Source of the DNA: Candidatus Omnitrophota bacterium
GTDB taxonomy: Bacteria; Omnitrophota; Gorgyraeia; Zapsychrales; Zapsychraceae
DNA: 64,000 bases
Assembly: GCA_015233495.1 (NCBI GenBank)
Contig: JADFXQ010000001.1
Location: 2,790 to 66,789, forward strand
Direction: 5' to 3'
The notes under the pieces are model-generated. The model did not search any database. It was not told the DNA's origin and was given only the letters and a program-made list of their open reading frames with translations. This document shows, one piece after another, positions 28,836 through 39,471 of the stretch. The translations under genes were made by a program, and so were the position numbers. The stretch's first letter is position 1. Every line of letters starts with the position of its first letter.

Positions 28836-29131
28836 TACGCCTTTTCCTCTTCGGCCGGCGACGCAACGCGTCCGGCAATATAAGCAACGATGTCTTTAAC
28901 CGTTTTGGCTTTCTCAATATCCGCGTCGGAAATCTTGATTTTAAATTGCTCTTCCAGCTCAAACACCGTCTCAATCGAACCAAAAGAATCCATGCCCAAA
29001 TCTTCCAATAACAAAGAATCCGCTTTAATTTTTGCGATGTCCATGCTTAATTTATCCGCCAACACTGCCTTGACTTTCGCTTCCACATTCGGTTGATTCA
29101 CGGCAAACCCTCCTTGGTTAGCAGAATACAA
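28835..29131 (-). CDS. Acyl carrier protein
   Basis: EDLGMDSF phosphopantetheine motif; ELEEQFKIKI; true start may be the GTG near 29101. Confidence 0.9.
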   Translation of the reverse strand: MYSANQGGFAVNQPNVEAKVKAVLADKLSMDIAKIKADSLLLEDLGMDSFGSIETVFELEEQFKIKISDADIEKAKTVKDIVAYIAGRVASPAEEEKA

Positions 29132-30354
29132 ACATTACAACTTCCAAATCCGAATGAATTGGATAAAACATTTTTCAACTTCGCCGCCCTCGCCTCATTC
29201 GGAACATAATCCAAATCACATTCCGGATCTTGGTGCCGGTAATTAATGGTTGGGGGAATCACCTGATTTTCCAAAGCCAAGGCGCAGACCACCGCCTCGA
29301 TTCCGCCGGCCGCGCCGATCGTATGCCCGATCATGGATTTTGTCGAAGACACCGGAACGTGTCGCGCGTGTTCGCCGAAAACTATTTTAATCGCCCGGGT
29401 TTCGGCGCGGTCATTCGCCTCGGTCGAAGTCCCGTGGGCATTGATATAATCAATATCGCGCGGCTCCCGGCCGGCATCACGCACAGCCGCGGCCATGACC
29501 TCGGCCGCATCTGTGCCGTCCGGCATCGGCATCACAATATGATACGCGCCGGAATTTGCCGCGTAACCGGCAATCTCCGCGTAAATTCGGGCATTGCGCC
29601 GCTGGGCGCGCTCGAAATCTTCTAAAATCAAAATCCCGGCGCCTTCCGCTAAAACAAAACCATCCCGTTGTGCGTCAAACGGCCGCGAGGCCTCCTGCGG
29701 CGCGGCATTGCGTTTTGACAAGACTCGCAAAGCCGCATACGCGCCAAACGTCGCCGGGGTTAACGGCGCTTCCACGCCGCCGGTGAGACAAATATCCATT
29801 TCGCGGTTTTGAATTTTTCGAAAGGCCTCGCCGATGGCGTGCGTGCCGGAGGCGCAGGCGGTTGAGATCACCATATTCGGTCCCCGCAATCCAAACCGCA
29901 CGGCAATATGACTCGCGACCGCGTTAGGCGTGATCCGGGGAACCGACAAAGGATGCAACCGATTAATGCCTTTCGCGTATAAAGCCATAATCTGTTCTTC
30001 ATGATAAAGCAAACCGCCTAACCCGGAACCAATGACCACGCCGGCCGTCTGCTGGTTTTCCTTTTCCAAATCCAGACCGCTGTCCGCCACCGCCATGATC
30101 GCCGCGGCCAAACCTAAATGAACGAACCGGTCCGTGCGTTTCACCATATCCGCGGGCAAATATTTTAGCGGATCAAAATTCTTGATCTGCCCGGCGATTT
30201 TCACGTCCAACGCGGCAGTGTCAATCCCATCAATAATTCCGACACCGGATTTACCGGCAATATTCGCCTGCCAAAATTCCGCTTTCCCGATCCCGTTCGG
30301 CGCGGCCACGCCAACCCCGGTGACCACTACCCGTCGTTTTTGACAATTACCCAT
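29098..30354 (-). CDS. fabF: Beta-ketoacyl-ACP synthase II (FabF-like)
   Basis: RRVVVTG, STACASG, NAHGTST, KSMIGHTIGAAG and SNSFGFG motifs. Confidence 0.92.
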   Translation of the reverse strand: MGNCQKRRVVVTGVGVAAPNGIGKAEFWQANIAGKSGVGIIDGIDTAALDVKIAGQIKNFDPLKYLPADMVKRTDRFVHLGLAAAIMAVADSGLDLEKENQQTAGVVIGSGLGGLLYHEEQIMALYAKGINRLHPLSVPRITPNAVASHIAVRFGLRGPNMVISTACASGTHAIGEAFRKIQNREMDICLTGGVEAPLTPATFGAYAALRVLSKRNAAPQEASRPFDAQRDGFVLAEGAGILILEDFERAQRRNARIYAEIAGYAANSGAYHIVMPMPDGTDAAEVMAAAVRDAGREPRDIDYINAHGTSTEANDRAETRAIKIVFGEHARHVPVSSTKSMIGHTIGAAGGIEAVVCALALENQVIPPTINYRHQDPECDLDYVPNEARAAKLKNVLSNSFGFGSCNVCILLTKEGLP

Positions 30355-30364
30355 GCGTTTTCCT

Positions 30365-31243
30365 TCAATGACCGATCCGCGTAAAAAAATCTTTCATCCG
30401 ATCCACGACTTTGCCTCGTTCCTGATCTGCAGTTATAATGTGATAAGAATCCTCCAGCAGAACAATCTCCTTTTGCCGGGAAGCAATCCGGTCATAAATA
30501 AATTCCGCGTTCTTGACGCTGGTCATGTCATCTTCCTTGGCCTGAATAATCTGCACAGGCGCGGCGATGTGCGGCAAACGCGTCTTTAAGCGGCGCACCA
30601 AAATCTCTAATTGGCGCAAAAGACTGACCGGAAAAAGCGGATATCCATAACGGTCAATATCCGCGGCGTGTCCGGTGTGCATGCGCGAAAAATACTCATG
30701 CGCCTTTTGCTGGATCGCTTTATTCTTGATGCCATAGGGTGGATTTTCTTCAAAATAAATAAATCGATGCAGCTGCGTCCAATAAGCGACCGGCAGAAAA
30801 CAACGGTACCAAGGGCAGTTCCAACCGTCGTAAAATAAAGTCGGGGACAAACAACTGACCCCGGCAATGGCTTGAGGAAATTCATCCGCCAGCAAAAGCG
30901 CCAGCAGAGCGCCCATGGAAAGGCCGCTCACAAAAATTGTATCGCTGTATTCCCGCGCTTTAAAAAAAGCCTGGCGGCCAGTTTCATAAAAATCCTGCCA
31001 GGGTGTGTTTTTAAGAATCTGAAGCGGACGATCGTGATTGGCCAAACGCGGACACAATACGGAGAACCCGGCGCCGTTTAGCCGGTTAGCGAGAAAACGC
31101 ATTTCATTCGGCGTGCCGGTCAACCCATGCAACAAAATCACCGCCGCGCCATTTTTGCCGCGCATCGCGATTCCCTGATTCATCAAGGCCGACCCGGATG
31201 TCGGCTCCAACTTCGGCACTTGAAAAGAAAATTTAACCGCCAT
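30365..31243 (-). CDS. Alpha/beta hydrolase (carboxylesterase)
   Basis: LLHGLTG oxyanion loop, GLSMG nucleophile, EDD and SYHII motifs. Confidence 0.88.
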   Translation of the reverse strand: MAVKFSFQVPKLEPTSGSALMNQGIAMRGKNGAAVILLHGLTGTPNEMRFLANRLNGAGFSVLCPRLANHDRPLQILKNTPWQDFYETGRQAFFKAREYSDTIFVSGLSMGALLALLLADEFPQAIAGVSCLSPTLFYDGWNCPWYRCFLPVAYWTQLHRFIYFEENPPYGIKNKAIQQKAHEYFSRMHTGHAADIDRYGYPLFPVSLLRQLEILVRRLKTRLPHIAAPVQIIQAKEDDMTSVKNAEFIYDRIASRQKEIVLLEDSYHIITADQERGKVVDRMKDFFTRIGH

Positions 31244-31328
31244 AAAAGCACCCGCCGCGCCATAAACCGGCGCCTTTCATAAATACTAATTAAATAGATA
31301 AATAGATTAAAGGCAGGAAGATTAACTT

Positions 31329-31361
31329 AAGATTAAGAAATTCTTTAATTTTCTTAATCTT
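31329..31361. promoter_or_regulatory. Inverted repeat upstream of the hydrolase/FabF operon
   Basis: AAGATTAAGAAA-N9-TTTCTTAATCTT in an AT-rich intergenic region with TTAA repeats. Confidence 0.45.
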
Positions 31362-31402
31362 TTAATTCTGGCGAATTCGGAAGATAAAAATTTATGAGCT
31401 GA

Positions 31403-32848
31403 TTAAGATTGCCGCAGGGGAAGGGAAACAATGAAAGTGGCTCCTTGGCCTACCGCGCTCTCAACGCGGATCGTGCCTTTATGCGCAGTCACAACCGACT
31501 TGGCAATGCTTAAACCCAGACCGAATCCCGGACTGGTGCGGGATTTTTCCGCGCGATAAAAACGGTCAAACACCCGGCCCAATTCTTCCGGCGCGATTCC
31601 CGGGCCGGTGTCATTGACCGTGAGTACGACGTGGCCGGCCCTCCGGGAAACCCGCAGAGCCACGGCGCCCTCAGCCGGGGTGTATTTCAGAGCATTATCA
31701 ATAATATTCGTCAGCACCCGTTCTATCTGGCGAATGTCTGCCTCAATCGCGACCGCGTCACTGGTGAGCAAACGTAACGTAATCCGTTTTTGTTCCGCGA
31801 CCGGACGAGCCGCATCAATAATCTGCCTTGTCAAATCCATTAAATCCACTTTTTCAATATTCAGCTCATATTCCACCCGGTCGAGCTGTGCCAGATCAAG
31901 CAAATTCTCAACCAGGGCGTTCATTTTATCTATCTCCTCGAGATTGACGGCCAGAATCGCTTCATATTCTTCGACCGAGCGCTGTTTATTCAGCGCGACT
32001 TCCTGTTTGCCTTTTAGCGCGGTCAAAGGCGTGCGCAGTTCATGCGACACATCCTGAATCAACTGCTGCTGCAGAGAAAACGCTTTATCCAAACGGCCCA
32101 ACATATCGTTAAAGGTTTCCGCCAGTCTTTTGGTTTCGTCATTTACCGCCGGCATCTTGATCCGCTGTTTTAAATTGCGGGAAGTTATCTGGCGCATCGC
32201 CTTGGTCATTTCATCGACCGGGCTCAAAGTGGTCCGGGTCAAAAAGAAACCCATCACCGTGACCAAAAACATGGCGGAAGGCAGAAAGATCAGCAAAACG
32301 GTTTTTATCCGACGAAGTTTAACATACAAGGGCCTTAAGGAGGCGCTGACTTGCACAAAATATTCCGCGCCGTTTTTATCAATCGGCCGGACCAGTGTCC
32401 GCACCGGCCAGACCTCTTCGGATTTAGGGACCACCCGGCCCGGGCTGTCAAAAAACCGATTCTTCTTGATGCCGGCAACGACGCGGGGCAAAATCTGGGG
32501 AAAAGGCCGGGCGCGCGAAGCGATCATTACCGACCCGTCCGGCTGGAACACTTGAATATAAATACCGCTGCCGCGGCTCCACTCCAAAGCGTTACGCAAG
32601 GTGTTCAAAAAATCCGCGTTAGTCTGCTCTGACTTGATACCGGCTAAACTGTCCCGGTCACGGTCAAGCATTGCCGCGTCAATGACCTGGGCAATGTCTT
32701 CTGCCCGGGACTCCAGCAAAAGATTAAAATCTTTGTTTAACACCCGGCTAAAATTGGCGTACAAACAGGCGCTCAAAATTCCGGCGATCAGGCCGACTGC
32801 CAGCACATACCAAAACGTCATCCGGAAATAAATTGATTTCGTAGGCAT
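31403..32848 (-). CDS. HAMP sensor histidine kinase (CusS/ArlS-like)
   Basis: Two TMs, HAMP domain, DVSHELRTPL, NIIDNALKY, DTGPGI and GFGLGL motifs. Confidence 0.93.
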   Translation of the reverse strand: MPTKSIYFRMTFWYVLAVGLIAGILSACLYANFSRVLNKDFNLLLESRAEDIAQVIDAAMLDRDRDSLAGIKSEQTNADFLNTLRNALEWSRGSGIYIQVFQPDGSVMIASRARPFPQILPRVVAGIKKNRFFDSPGRVVPKSEEVWPVRTLVRPIDKNGAEYFVQVSASLRPLYVKLRRIKTVLLIFLPSAMFLVTVMGFFLTRTTLSPVDEMTKAMRQITSRNLKQRIKMPAVNDETKRLAETFNDMLGRLDKAFSLQQQLIQDVSHELRTPLTALKGKQEVALNKQRSVEEYEAILAVNLEEIDKMNALVENLLDLAQLDRVEYELNIEKVDLMDLTRQIIDAARPVAEQKRITLRLLTSDAVAIEADIRQIERVLTNIIDNALKYTPAEGAVALRVSRRAGHVVLTVNDTGPGIAPEELGRVFDRFYRAEKSRTSPGFGLGLSIAKSVVTAHKGTIRVESAVGQGATFIVSLPLRQS

Positions 32849-32849
32849 A

Positions 32850-33518
32850 TTAAATTCTTATGGTGTACCCGCGGCCGCGGATAGTCTGAATCAGCGGCGG
32901 TTCCCGGCCCGCGTCGATTTTGCGGCGTAAAGCATTGATATGCACGTCAATCACGTTGGTAGTCGTGTCAAAATTGATGTCCCAAACATGCTCGGAAATC
33001 GCGGTCCGCGTCACCACCTCATTGGCGCGGCGCAGCAGGTATTCAAGAAGGAAAAATTCTTTGGTAGTCAGAAATATTTCTTTTCCCACCCGGGTCACTT
33101 TATGACCCAGCACATCCACGGTCAAATCGCCCGCCTGCAAAACTGTGACGGATTTGCCCGCGCCCTGACGCAATAGTACCCTGATCCGGGCGAGCAATTC
33201 CTTAAACGCAAACGGCTTGGTCAAATAATCATTCGCGCCGGATTCCAAACCGCGCACCTTATCATTAACGCTGTGCTTGGCGGTCAACATGATTATCGGC
33301 GTTTCGATTTTATCCCGCCGCAGGTTGCGGCAGAGCGTTACCCCGTCAATCTTGGGGATCATCAAGTCCAGCAAAATCAAATCGTAAGTTTCCGTGCCGG
33401 CCAAAAAATAGCCCTTCTCGCCTTCATAAGCCACGTCCACGGCGTAGCCTTCTTCCTTCAAACCCTGACGGATAAAATCCGCGATGTGTTTTTCATCCTC
33501 AATGACCAAGATGCGCAT
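32850..33518 (-). CDS. OmpR-family response regulator
   Basis: ILVIEDE, LLDLMIP, DYLTKPF, VIDVHINALRRK and IRGRGY motifs. Confidence 0.95.
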   Translation of the reverse strand: MRILVIEDEKHIADFIRQGLKEEGYAVDVAYEGEKGYFLAGTETYDLILLDLMIPKIDGVTLCRNLRRDKIETPIIMLTAKHSVNDKVRGLESGANDYLTKPFAFKELLARIRVLLRQGAGKSVTVLQAGDLTVDVLGHKVTRVGKEIFLTTKEFFLLEYLLRRANEVVTRTAISEHVWDINFDTTTNVIDVHINALRRKIDAGREPPLIQTIRGRGYTIRI

Positions 33519-33583
33519 AAACTGCTGCCCCCGCCTTGCCCTCCCCCGCAACGCGGGCGAAGAAAAAATCGACTTAACGCCTT

Positions 33584-33889
33584 CTACCTTAACTTTTTTT
33601 CGAATCGGCTGAAAGCCAATTCCAACATTTCATCCGGCGAAGCGCCGTTTTCGATAAGCAACTCCATACATAAGACAAACAAGTCTCCGGTTTCCGCTAA
33701 AAAATGGGCGTCGCCTTTGCTCTGTAATTCGCGAATTTCCTCGGCGTGATGCCAAATCATTTCCAAAAGTTTCTCCTGATGCGGTTTGCCTGCCGCCGTA
33801 TTTCGGCGTTGCGATAAAGCGTGAATCTGCCGCAGTCTTGCCAAAGCCCCTGCCGAAAAATTGCGATCCAACCCGGATATTTGATTCAT
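33584..33889 (-). CDS. Hypothetical protein, possibly MazG/all-alpha NTP pyrophosphatase-like
   Basis: HAEEIREL...AETGDL acidic helical motif. Confidence 0.5.
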   Translation of the reverse strand: MNQISGLDRNFSAGALARLRQIHALSQRRNTAAGKPHQEKLLEMIWHHAEEIRELQSKGDAHFLAETGDLFVLCMELLIENGASPDEMLELAFSRFEKKLR

Positions 33890-33936
33890 AAATTTTTACC
33901 GGCGACTGTACAATGCCGCGTCAAAACACTGTTTTC

Positions 33937-35316
33937 CTATCGCCTTAAACGCGCCAGCCCGGCAAGGGCCGCGGTCAAAGGCAGCAGAATCAAGATAAGC
34001 ACAACCAATTGCTTCTGCCGGTTTGTTAAATCCAGACGGCTGACTTTTATTTTTTTATCGCCAAGAAACACCTGATAATCCGCTTCCGAAACCCAATTGA
34101 TGACATTCAGCGCCATAGCCGCGTTGCTGTATTGATCAATAAAGGCGTTGGACAAAAAATCCGCGTCCGTAAACACGGCCAGCCGCGTGTCGGAGTCCTT
34201 ATTTTTATCTCTCGGCTCCCAGGCGACAAAAGCGATCATCACCGGGCCGGGCCGATCTTCGCTGGGATCGTATTTGATGGTTAAATAACGATTGGTCTCC
34301 CCCCAACTGCGTTCTTTTGAAGCGGTTAAAACTAAAGGCGCGACCTTCACGTTCGGCCGATGTTCCGCAAACAGGGATATCGAGCGCGGCCGGATATAAT
34401 AAGTGTAATCCAAATCCGCGACAATCGCCCGATGCGATAAATAATTGCGGGTTGCCGGGCACCCCACATCGCCGCCCACATGACTATCCAGATCAATCAC
34501 GACATCATCATTGACCTGAAGTCCCCATTCCCGCAAAATCCCGTTTAACGACGGGTTCAAAGTGAGTTGTTCCGCAGTCAACGGTTTGTCCAAAGTAGAA
34601 ATCAAAATATTTTCGATCAAAAATAAAGCATCGCCGCCCCGGCGCAGATAAGCCGAGATCTTTTCCTCCGTCGGTTGAGGCAAAGGTTGATGGGGGCCGG
34701 GAATAATCAGGATATCGCAATCACGAGGTATCGCGGTTGTCGCTTCCAAAAAAAGCGGTTCCACCCTAAAATGATTCGCGGCTAATTTCGCGGCCAATTT
34801 GCTTAAACCCGTGTCGGTTTCATCGTCCAACCGATATTCGCCGTGTCCGGTCAAAAAATACGCTTTACGGGCCGGCCGGGTCAAGCGGACAATCTCATTG
34901 GTCAATTGCTCTTCCGTCAACGGCTGTTCGGTAAAATCAATAATTTTGCGGCCCTGGGCAGTAGTCACGAAAACTTTCTGCTCTTTGCCGTTGATCACAT
35001 GGCCAAACTGGGCGGCATAACTGATTTGCGCCAGAGGGTCAATAATCTCCGCTTTCACTTTGCTGCCGCCGAGGCGCTCATATTCCCGGAAAAGATCCTC
35101 AATATAACGCGGCGCCAACCCGACGTAAAACGCGGTAAGCTTGACTTCGGTTTGCAATTGCCGTAAATATCCCCGGGTCGTGTCCGACAAGGTATGCTGT
35201 TTTGCCCGGGTAAAATCCCAGCGTTTTTCCCAGCCCGCCGCGAGCCAGTTGATCTCTGCTGCTAAAATCAGCAGTAAAAACCCGCTTAAGCATCGTCCGG
35301 AAAGATTCGGTTTCAT
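33937..35316 (-). CDS. GldG-like ABC transporter auxiliary component
   Basis: RWDFTRAKQHTLS, YFLTGHGE, FTDADFLSN and NVINW motifs; C-terminal TM. Confidence 0.85.
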   Translation of the reverse strand: MKPNLSGRCLSGFLLLILAAEINWLAAGWEKRWDFTRAKQHTLSDTTRGYLRQLQTEVKLTAFYVGLAPRYIEDLFREYERLGGSKVKAEIIDPLAQISYAAQFGHVINGKEQKVFVTTAQGRKIIDFTEQPLTEEQLTNEIVRLTRPARKAYFLTGHGEYRLDDETDTGLSKLAAKLAANHFRVEPLFLEATTAIPRDCDILIIPGPHQPLPQPTEEKISAYLRRGGDALFLIENILISTLDKPLTAEQLTLNPSLNGILREWGLQVNDDVVIDLDSHVGGDVGCPATRNYLSHRAIVADLDYTYYIRPRSISLFAEHRPNVKVAPLVLTASKERSWGETNRYLTIKYDPSEDRPGPVMIAFVAWEPRDKNKDSDTRLAVFTDADFLSNAFIDQYSNAAMALNVINWVSEADYQVFLGDKKIKVSRLDLTNRQKQLVVLILILLPLTAALAGLARLRR

Positions 35317-36014
35317 CGTTTCCTCAAAAAAATTATCGAGAGTAATAAAAATATCAAAATGCCGCTACCCAAATACGCGAGGTCAGCGGCAGCGATAATC
35401 CCGACGAAAAAATTCTCCGAATGCGTCATGACCGCCGCGTAGCGCAAAACGGTCTCCGCCGGACCATGCAGGTAAGAATTAAAACTCTTCAAAAAATACA
35501 ACCCGAACAAAACCGCGTAAGCCAAAATCGCGGCGAGCAAATGACTGCCAGTCAAACCGGAACAAAAAATCCCGACCGCGATAAAAAAAGCGGCCTCCAG
35601 CCAAATCCCCAAATAACCGGCAAAGGCCATGCCGGCCTCCGGCGAGGCAAATGACGCCAATATCCCATAATAAATCCCCGTAATCGCGACCAAGATCGAA
35701 ACAAAAAAAAGCGTGCCCAAATATTTACCGCAGATTATCTGCCCTTCCGTGGTCGGCGTAGTCAAAAGAAATTCTAAGGTCCCGGTCTGTTTTTCTTCGG
35801 CCAAGGTTTTCATGGTCAGCAAAGGGATCAAAAAAACAAACATGAATTCCATTACCCGAAAAACATCGGTGAGCGCCGCTTCCCGGTTCTGATCAATAAT
35901 CAAAAAGAAAAACGCGTTGAAAACCGTGAGCGCCACGGTCAAAATCACGTAAGCCAACGGCGAGCGGAAGTAACCCGCTGATTCTTTCATCGCGATGTCG
36001 AATGTTTTCAGCAT
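35313..36014 (-). CDS. GldF-like ABC-2 permease
   Basis: YFRSPLAY, PLLTMKTLAEEKQTGTLEFLLT and GKYLG motifs. Confidence 0.9.
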   Translation of the reverse strand: MLKTFDIAMKESAGYFRSPLAYVILTVALTVFNAFFFLIIDQNREAALTDVFRVMEFMFVFLIPLLTMKTLAEEKQTGTLEFLLTTPTTEGQIICGKYLGTLFFVSILVAITGIYYGILASFASPEAGMAFAGYLGIWLEAAFFIAVGIFCSGLTGSHLLAAILAYAVLFGLYFLKSFNSYLHGPAETVLRYAAVMTHSENFFVGIIAAADLAYLGSGILIFLLLSIIFLRKR

Positions 36015-36032
36015 ATTCTTGCCTCTTGAGCC

Positions 36033-36162
36033 ATTCCTCTCCCCTGCGCTATTCCGTACTCAAAGCCAGCTTGGGGAACAGCTGATTCGGCGGATACCCC
36101 GTAACGCCCCGCAAATAAATCTTCTCAACCCCGGCGCGGAAAATCGATCCCACATTATACCC
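36033..36162 (-). pseudogene. Decayed duplicate fragment of trmH fused to the ABC ATPase 3' end
   Basis: Reads GYNVGSIFRAGVEKIYLRGVTGYPPNQLFPKLALSTE*RRGEE versus TrmH GYNVGSIFRTADGAGVAKIFLCGITGYPPNQLISKTALGAEQR and the ATPase end RGEE*. Confidence 0.75.
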
Positions 36163-36304
36163 CAAACATATGTCATTCAGAACTAAAACTAAAGGCAAGA
36201 CTTGCACAGGGGAATTTTGTTGCTGCCGGAAAACTAATTACAGATGAGTCAATTTTCGCATGCGGCATTAGTCTTCGGGAAGGCGAACGTCAGTTGTTCC
36301 TACT

Positions 36305-36589
36305 TTATTTATATCCCCATTCTTGAAATTTTTTCTGTAATTCAGGAACATTTTTAAATGCTCTGAAATAAACGGACTCCGGAGCCAAATCAGCTCCATT
36401 GGGCCAAGCAATCGTCGCTAATGTTTTGTCTACCCGCAATTGAGAAAAAAGCTTCTTATCTTTGAGCGGATCAAAAACAGGCCCATGCAAAAGATCTGAT
36501 AGATCAGCCGTGCCTTGTTTACCATCATTAAAAGACACTTGAACTTTATAATCTTGAATATATTTAGCGTTAACAATATGCAATATCAT
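36305..36589 (-). CDS. DUF2442-family protein
   Basis: YKVQVSFNDG, GPVFDPLKD and TIAWPNGADLAPE motifs. Confidence 0.85.
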   Translation of the reverse strand: MILHIVNAKYIQDYKVQVSFNDGKQGTADLSDLLHGPVFDPLKDKKLFSQLRVDKTLATIAWPNGADLAPESVYFRAFKNVPELQKKFQEWGYK

Positions 36590-36592
36590 GTT

Positions 36593-36850
36593 TTATTCCA
36601 ACGGCTTAATTTGTTTCGGCAGTTCTTGTTTACGGCACAATTCCCAATCTTCCATCAAGGCTTGTTCGTTAAGAATGCGCCACTCCTGAACAAGACCCAA
36701 CACTCTGGCCGGGAGTTTACCACTGGCCGCCCCGGATTTTATATCGACAACAGCTTCATATTCGCCGTATCGCGCGTGAAAATGTCCCGGGTTATGATCG
36801 TCCCAATACATTGTAATGACAACACCTAAAAATTGAGAAATGATTGGCAT
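36593..36850 (-). CDS. DUF4160-family protein
   Basis: MPIISQFLGVVITMYWDDHNPGHFHARYG...LVQEW...LMEDW. Confidence 0.88.
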   Translation of the reverse strand: MPIISQFLGVVITMYWDDHNPGHFHARYGEYEAVVDIKSGAASGKLPARVLGLVQEWRILNEQALMEDWELCRKQELPKQIKPLE

Positions 36851-36905
36851 ATTTGGAATATACCATAAATAAAAATTAGCGGCAATTTATTTAAAAGCCG
36901 GGATG

Positions 36906-37625
36906 TTATTCCTCCCCTCTCACCGCCGCCAAAAACAATTCTTCCAAATTTTTCTTTCCCGCCCGCGCCAGCAAATCCGACTGCTTTCCATCCGCGATAA
37001 TCTCCCCCTTTTGAATAATCAAAACCCGCGGCGCGACCTGTTCAATCTCGGATAAAATATGCGTACTAAGCAAAACCGTGCGCTCGCTTCCCTGCTGTTT
37101 TATCAAATCCCGCACCTGCAAAATCTGTACCGGGTCCAGCCCATTGGTTGGCTCGTCGAGAATCAAGACCGGCGGTTCATTTATCACCGCCTGAGCCAGC
37201 CCGACTCTTTGTTTAAAACCTTTTGATAGCGCGGCAATCAGCCGGTCGCGTACCGCGCGCAAAGAACAAGCAGCGATCACCTTATCAACTTGCATCTTCT
37301 GCTTTCGAGCCGGAACATCCTTCAGCCTCGCCGCGAAATAAAGATATTGTCCCACTGTCAGCGCCGGATAAAGCGGCGGATTTTCCGGCAAATACCCGAT
37401 TTTCCTGCGGACATCCAACGGCCGGCGCAAGGCGTCCATCTGTGCCACAAACACCTCTCCCGAAGCCGGCCGCAAAAAAGTGGTTAAAATCCGCATTAAA
37501 GTGGTTTTGCCCGCGCCGTTACAGCCCAGAAATCCGACAATCTCGCCCTTGCCAATGGCCAGGTCCACATCAGCCAGCGCGCGCTGTTTCCCATAGAAAT
37601 GATTTAATTTAGAAACCCTGATCAT
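36906..37625 (-). CDS. ABC transporter ATP-binding protein (GldA-like)
   Basis: GCNGAGKT, LSKGFKQR, LILDEPTNGLD and STH motifs. Confidence 0.93.
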   Translation of the reverse strand: MIRVSKLNHFYGKQRALADVDLAIGKGEIVGFLGCNGAGKTTLMRILTTFLRPASGEVFVAQMDALRRPLDVRRKIGYLPENPPLYPALTVGQYLYFAARLKDVPARKQKMQVDKVIAACSLRAVRDRLIAALSKGFKQRVGLAQAVINEPPVLILDEPTNGLDPVQILQVRDLIKQQGSERTVLLSTHILSEIEQVAPRVLIIQKGEIIADGKQSDLLARAGKKNLEELFLAAVRGEE

Positions 37626-38170
37626 ATTTTTGCTGTAATCCCGGACAACCGTTTTTGCAATTCATTCCTGATATGATAAGCGGCTATCCCCGCCGCGACC
37701 GCCACATTCAAGGAATTCTTCAATCCCGCCATTTCAATCTCAATGGCCTGATCGCAATCCGCGAGAATCGTTTCGCTCACCCCGGAAATTTCATTGCCGA
37801 CGACCAAACACACCGGCCGCTTGGGATGATAATCCTGATACAACACACTCGATTCCATTTGCTCCAAGAGGACAATCTCATACCCCTCCTGCCGCAAACG
37901 CCGCACCACAACCCGCACATCCCGCTCGTGTTCCCAGGGGACGCGCTGTTCTGCGCCCAAAGCCGTCTTGGAAATCAGCTGATTCGGTGGATACCCCGTT
38001 ATCCCGCAGAGAAAAATCTTCGCGACTCCCGCGCCGTCCGCGGTGCGGAAAATCGAACCTACATTATACCCGGAGCGGATGTCATTGAGAACAAAAACAA
38101 ACGGCAAAACCGAAGCCCCGTTTTTTTGCTCCTGACGAAAAACTAATTCCTGATGAGATAATTTGCGCAT
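37622..38170 (-). CDS. TrmH/SpoU-family RNA methyltransferase
   Basis: IRSGYNVGSIFRTADG, VVGNEISG and SLNVAVA motifs. Confidence 0.9.
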   Translation of the reverse strand: MRKLSHQELVFRQEQKNGASVLPFVFVLNDIRSGYNVGSIFRTADGAGVAKIFLCGITGYPPNQLISKTALGAEQRVPWEHERDVRVVVRRLRQEGYEIVLLEQMESSVLYQDYHPKRPVCLVVGNEISGVSETILADCDQAIEIEMAGLKNSLNVAVAAGIAAYHIRNELQKRLSGITAKI

Positions 38171-38184
38171 GGGCGTATTATAGC

Positions 38185-38221
38185 AAAAAAAAGGCGCTCC
38201 GAAATTAAAGAGCGCCTTTTT
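38185..38221 (-). terminator. Rho-independent terminator after gap (bidirectional form)
   Basis: AAAAGGCGCTC-N10-GAGCGCCTTTT flanked by A and T runs. Confidence 0.75.
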
Positions 38222-38245
38222 ATTCTCCAGCAAACCTATTAGGGT

Positions 38246-39382
<1,137 letters not shown>

Positions 39383-39471
39383 TTATTTAAAATATACTGC
39401 CCTGGGCTCATTGTCAACAAAAATCACTTTTCCGGCGAAAATCAATCAGAGGGAAAGAAAGGACCGACGCG

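Noticed and set aside
28835-30354. Core fatty-acid synthesis locus or type II PKS
   Set aside because: No fabD, fabG, fabH or plsX neighbours, and no chain-length factor or cyclases; treated as a specialised cluster instead.
33937-37625. Gliding motility system
   Set aside because: GldAFG-like ABC modules are widespread, and no other gld/spr genes are present, so motility is unsupported.
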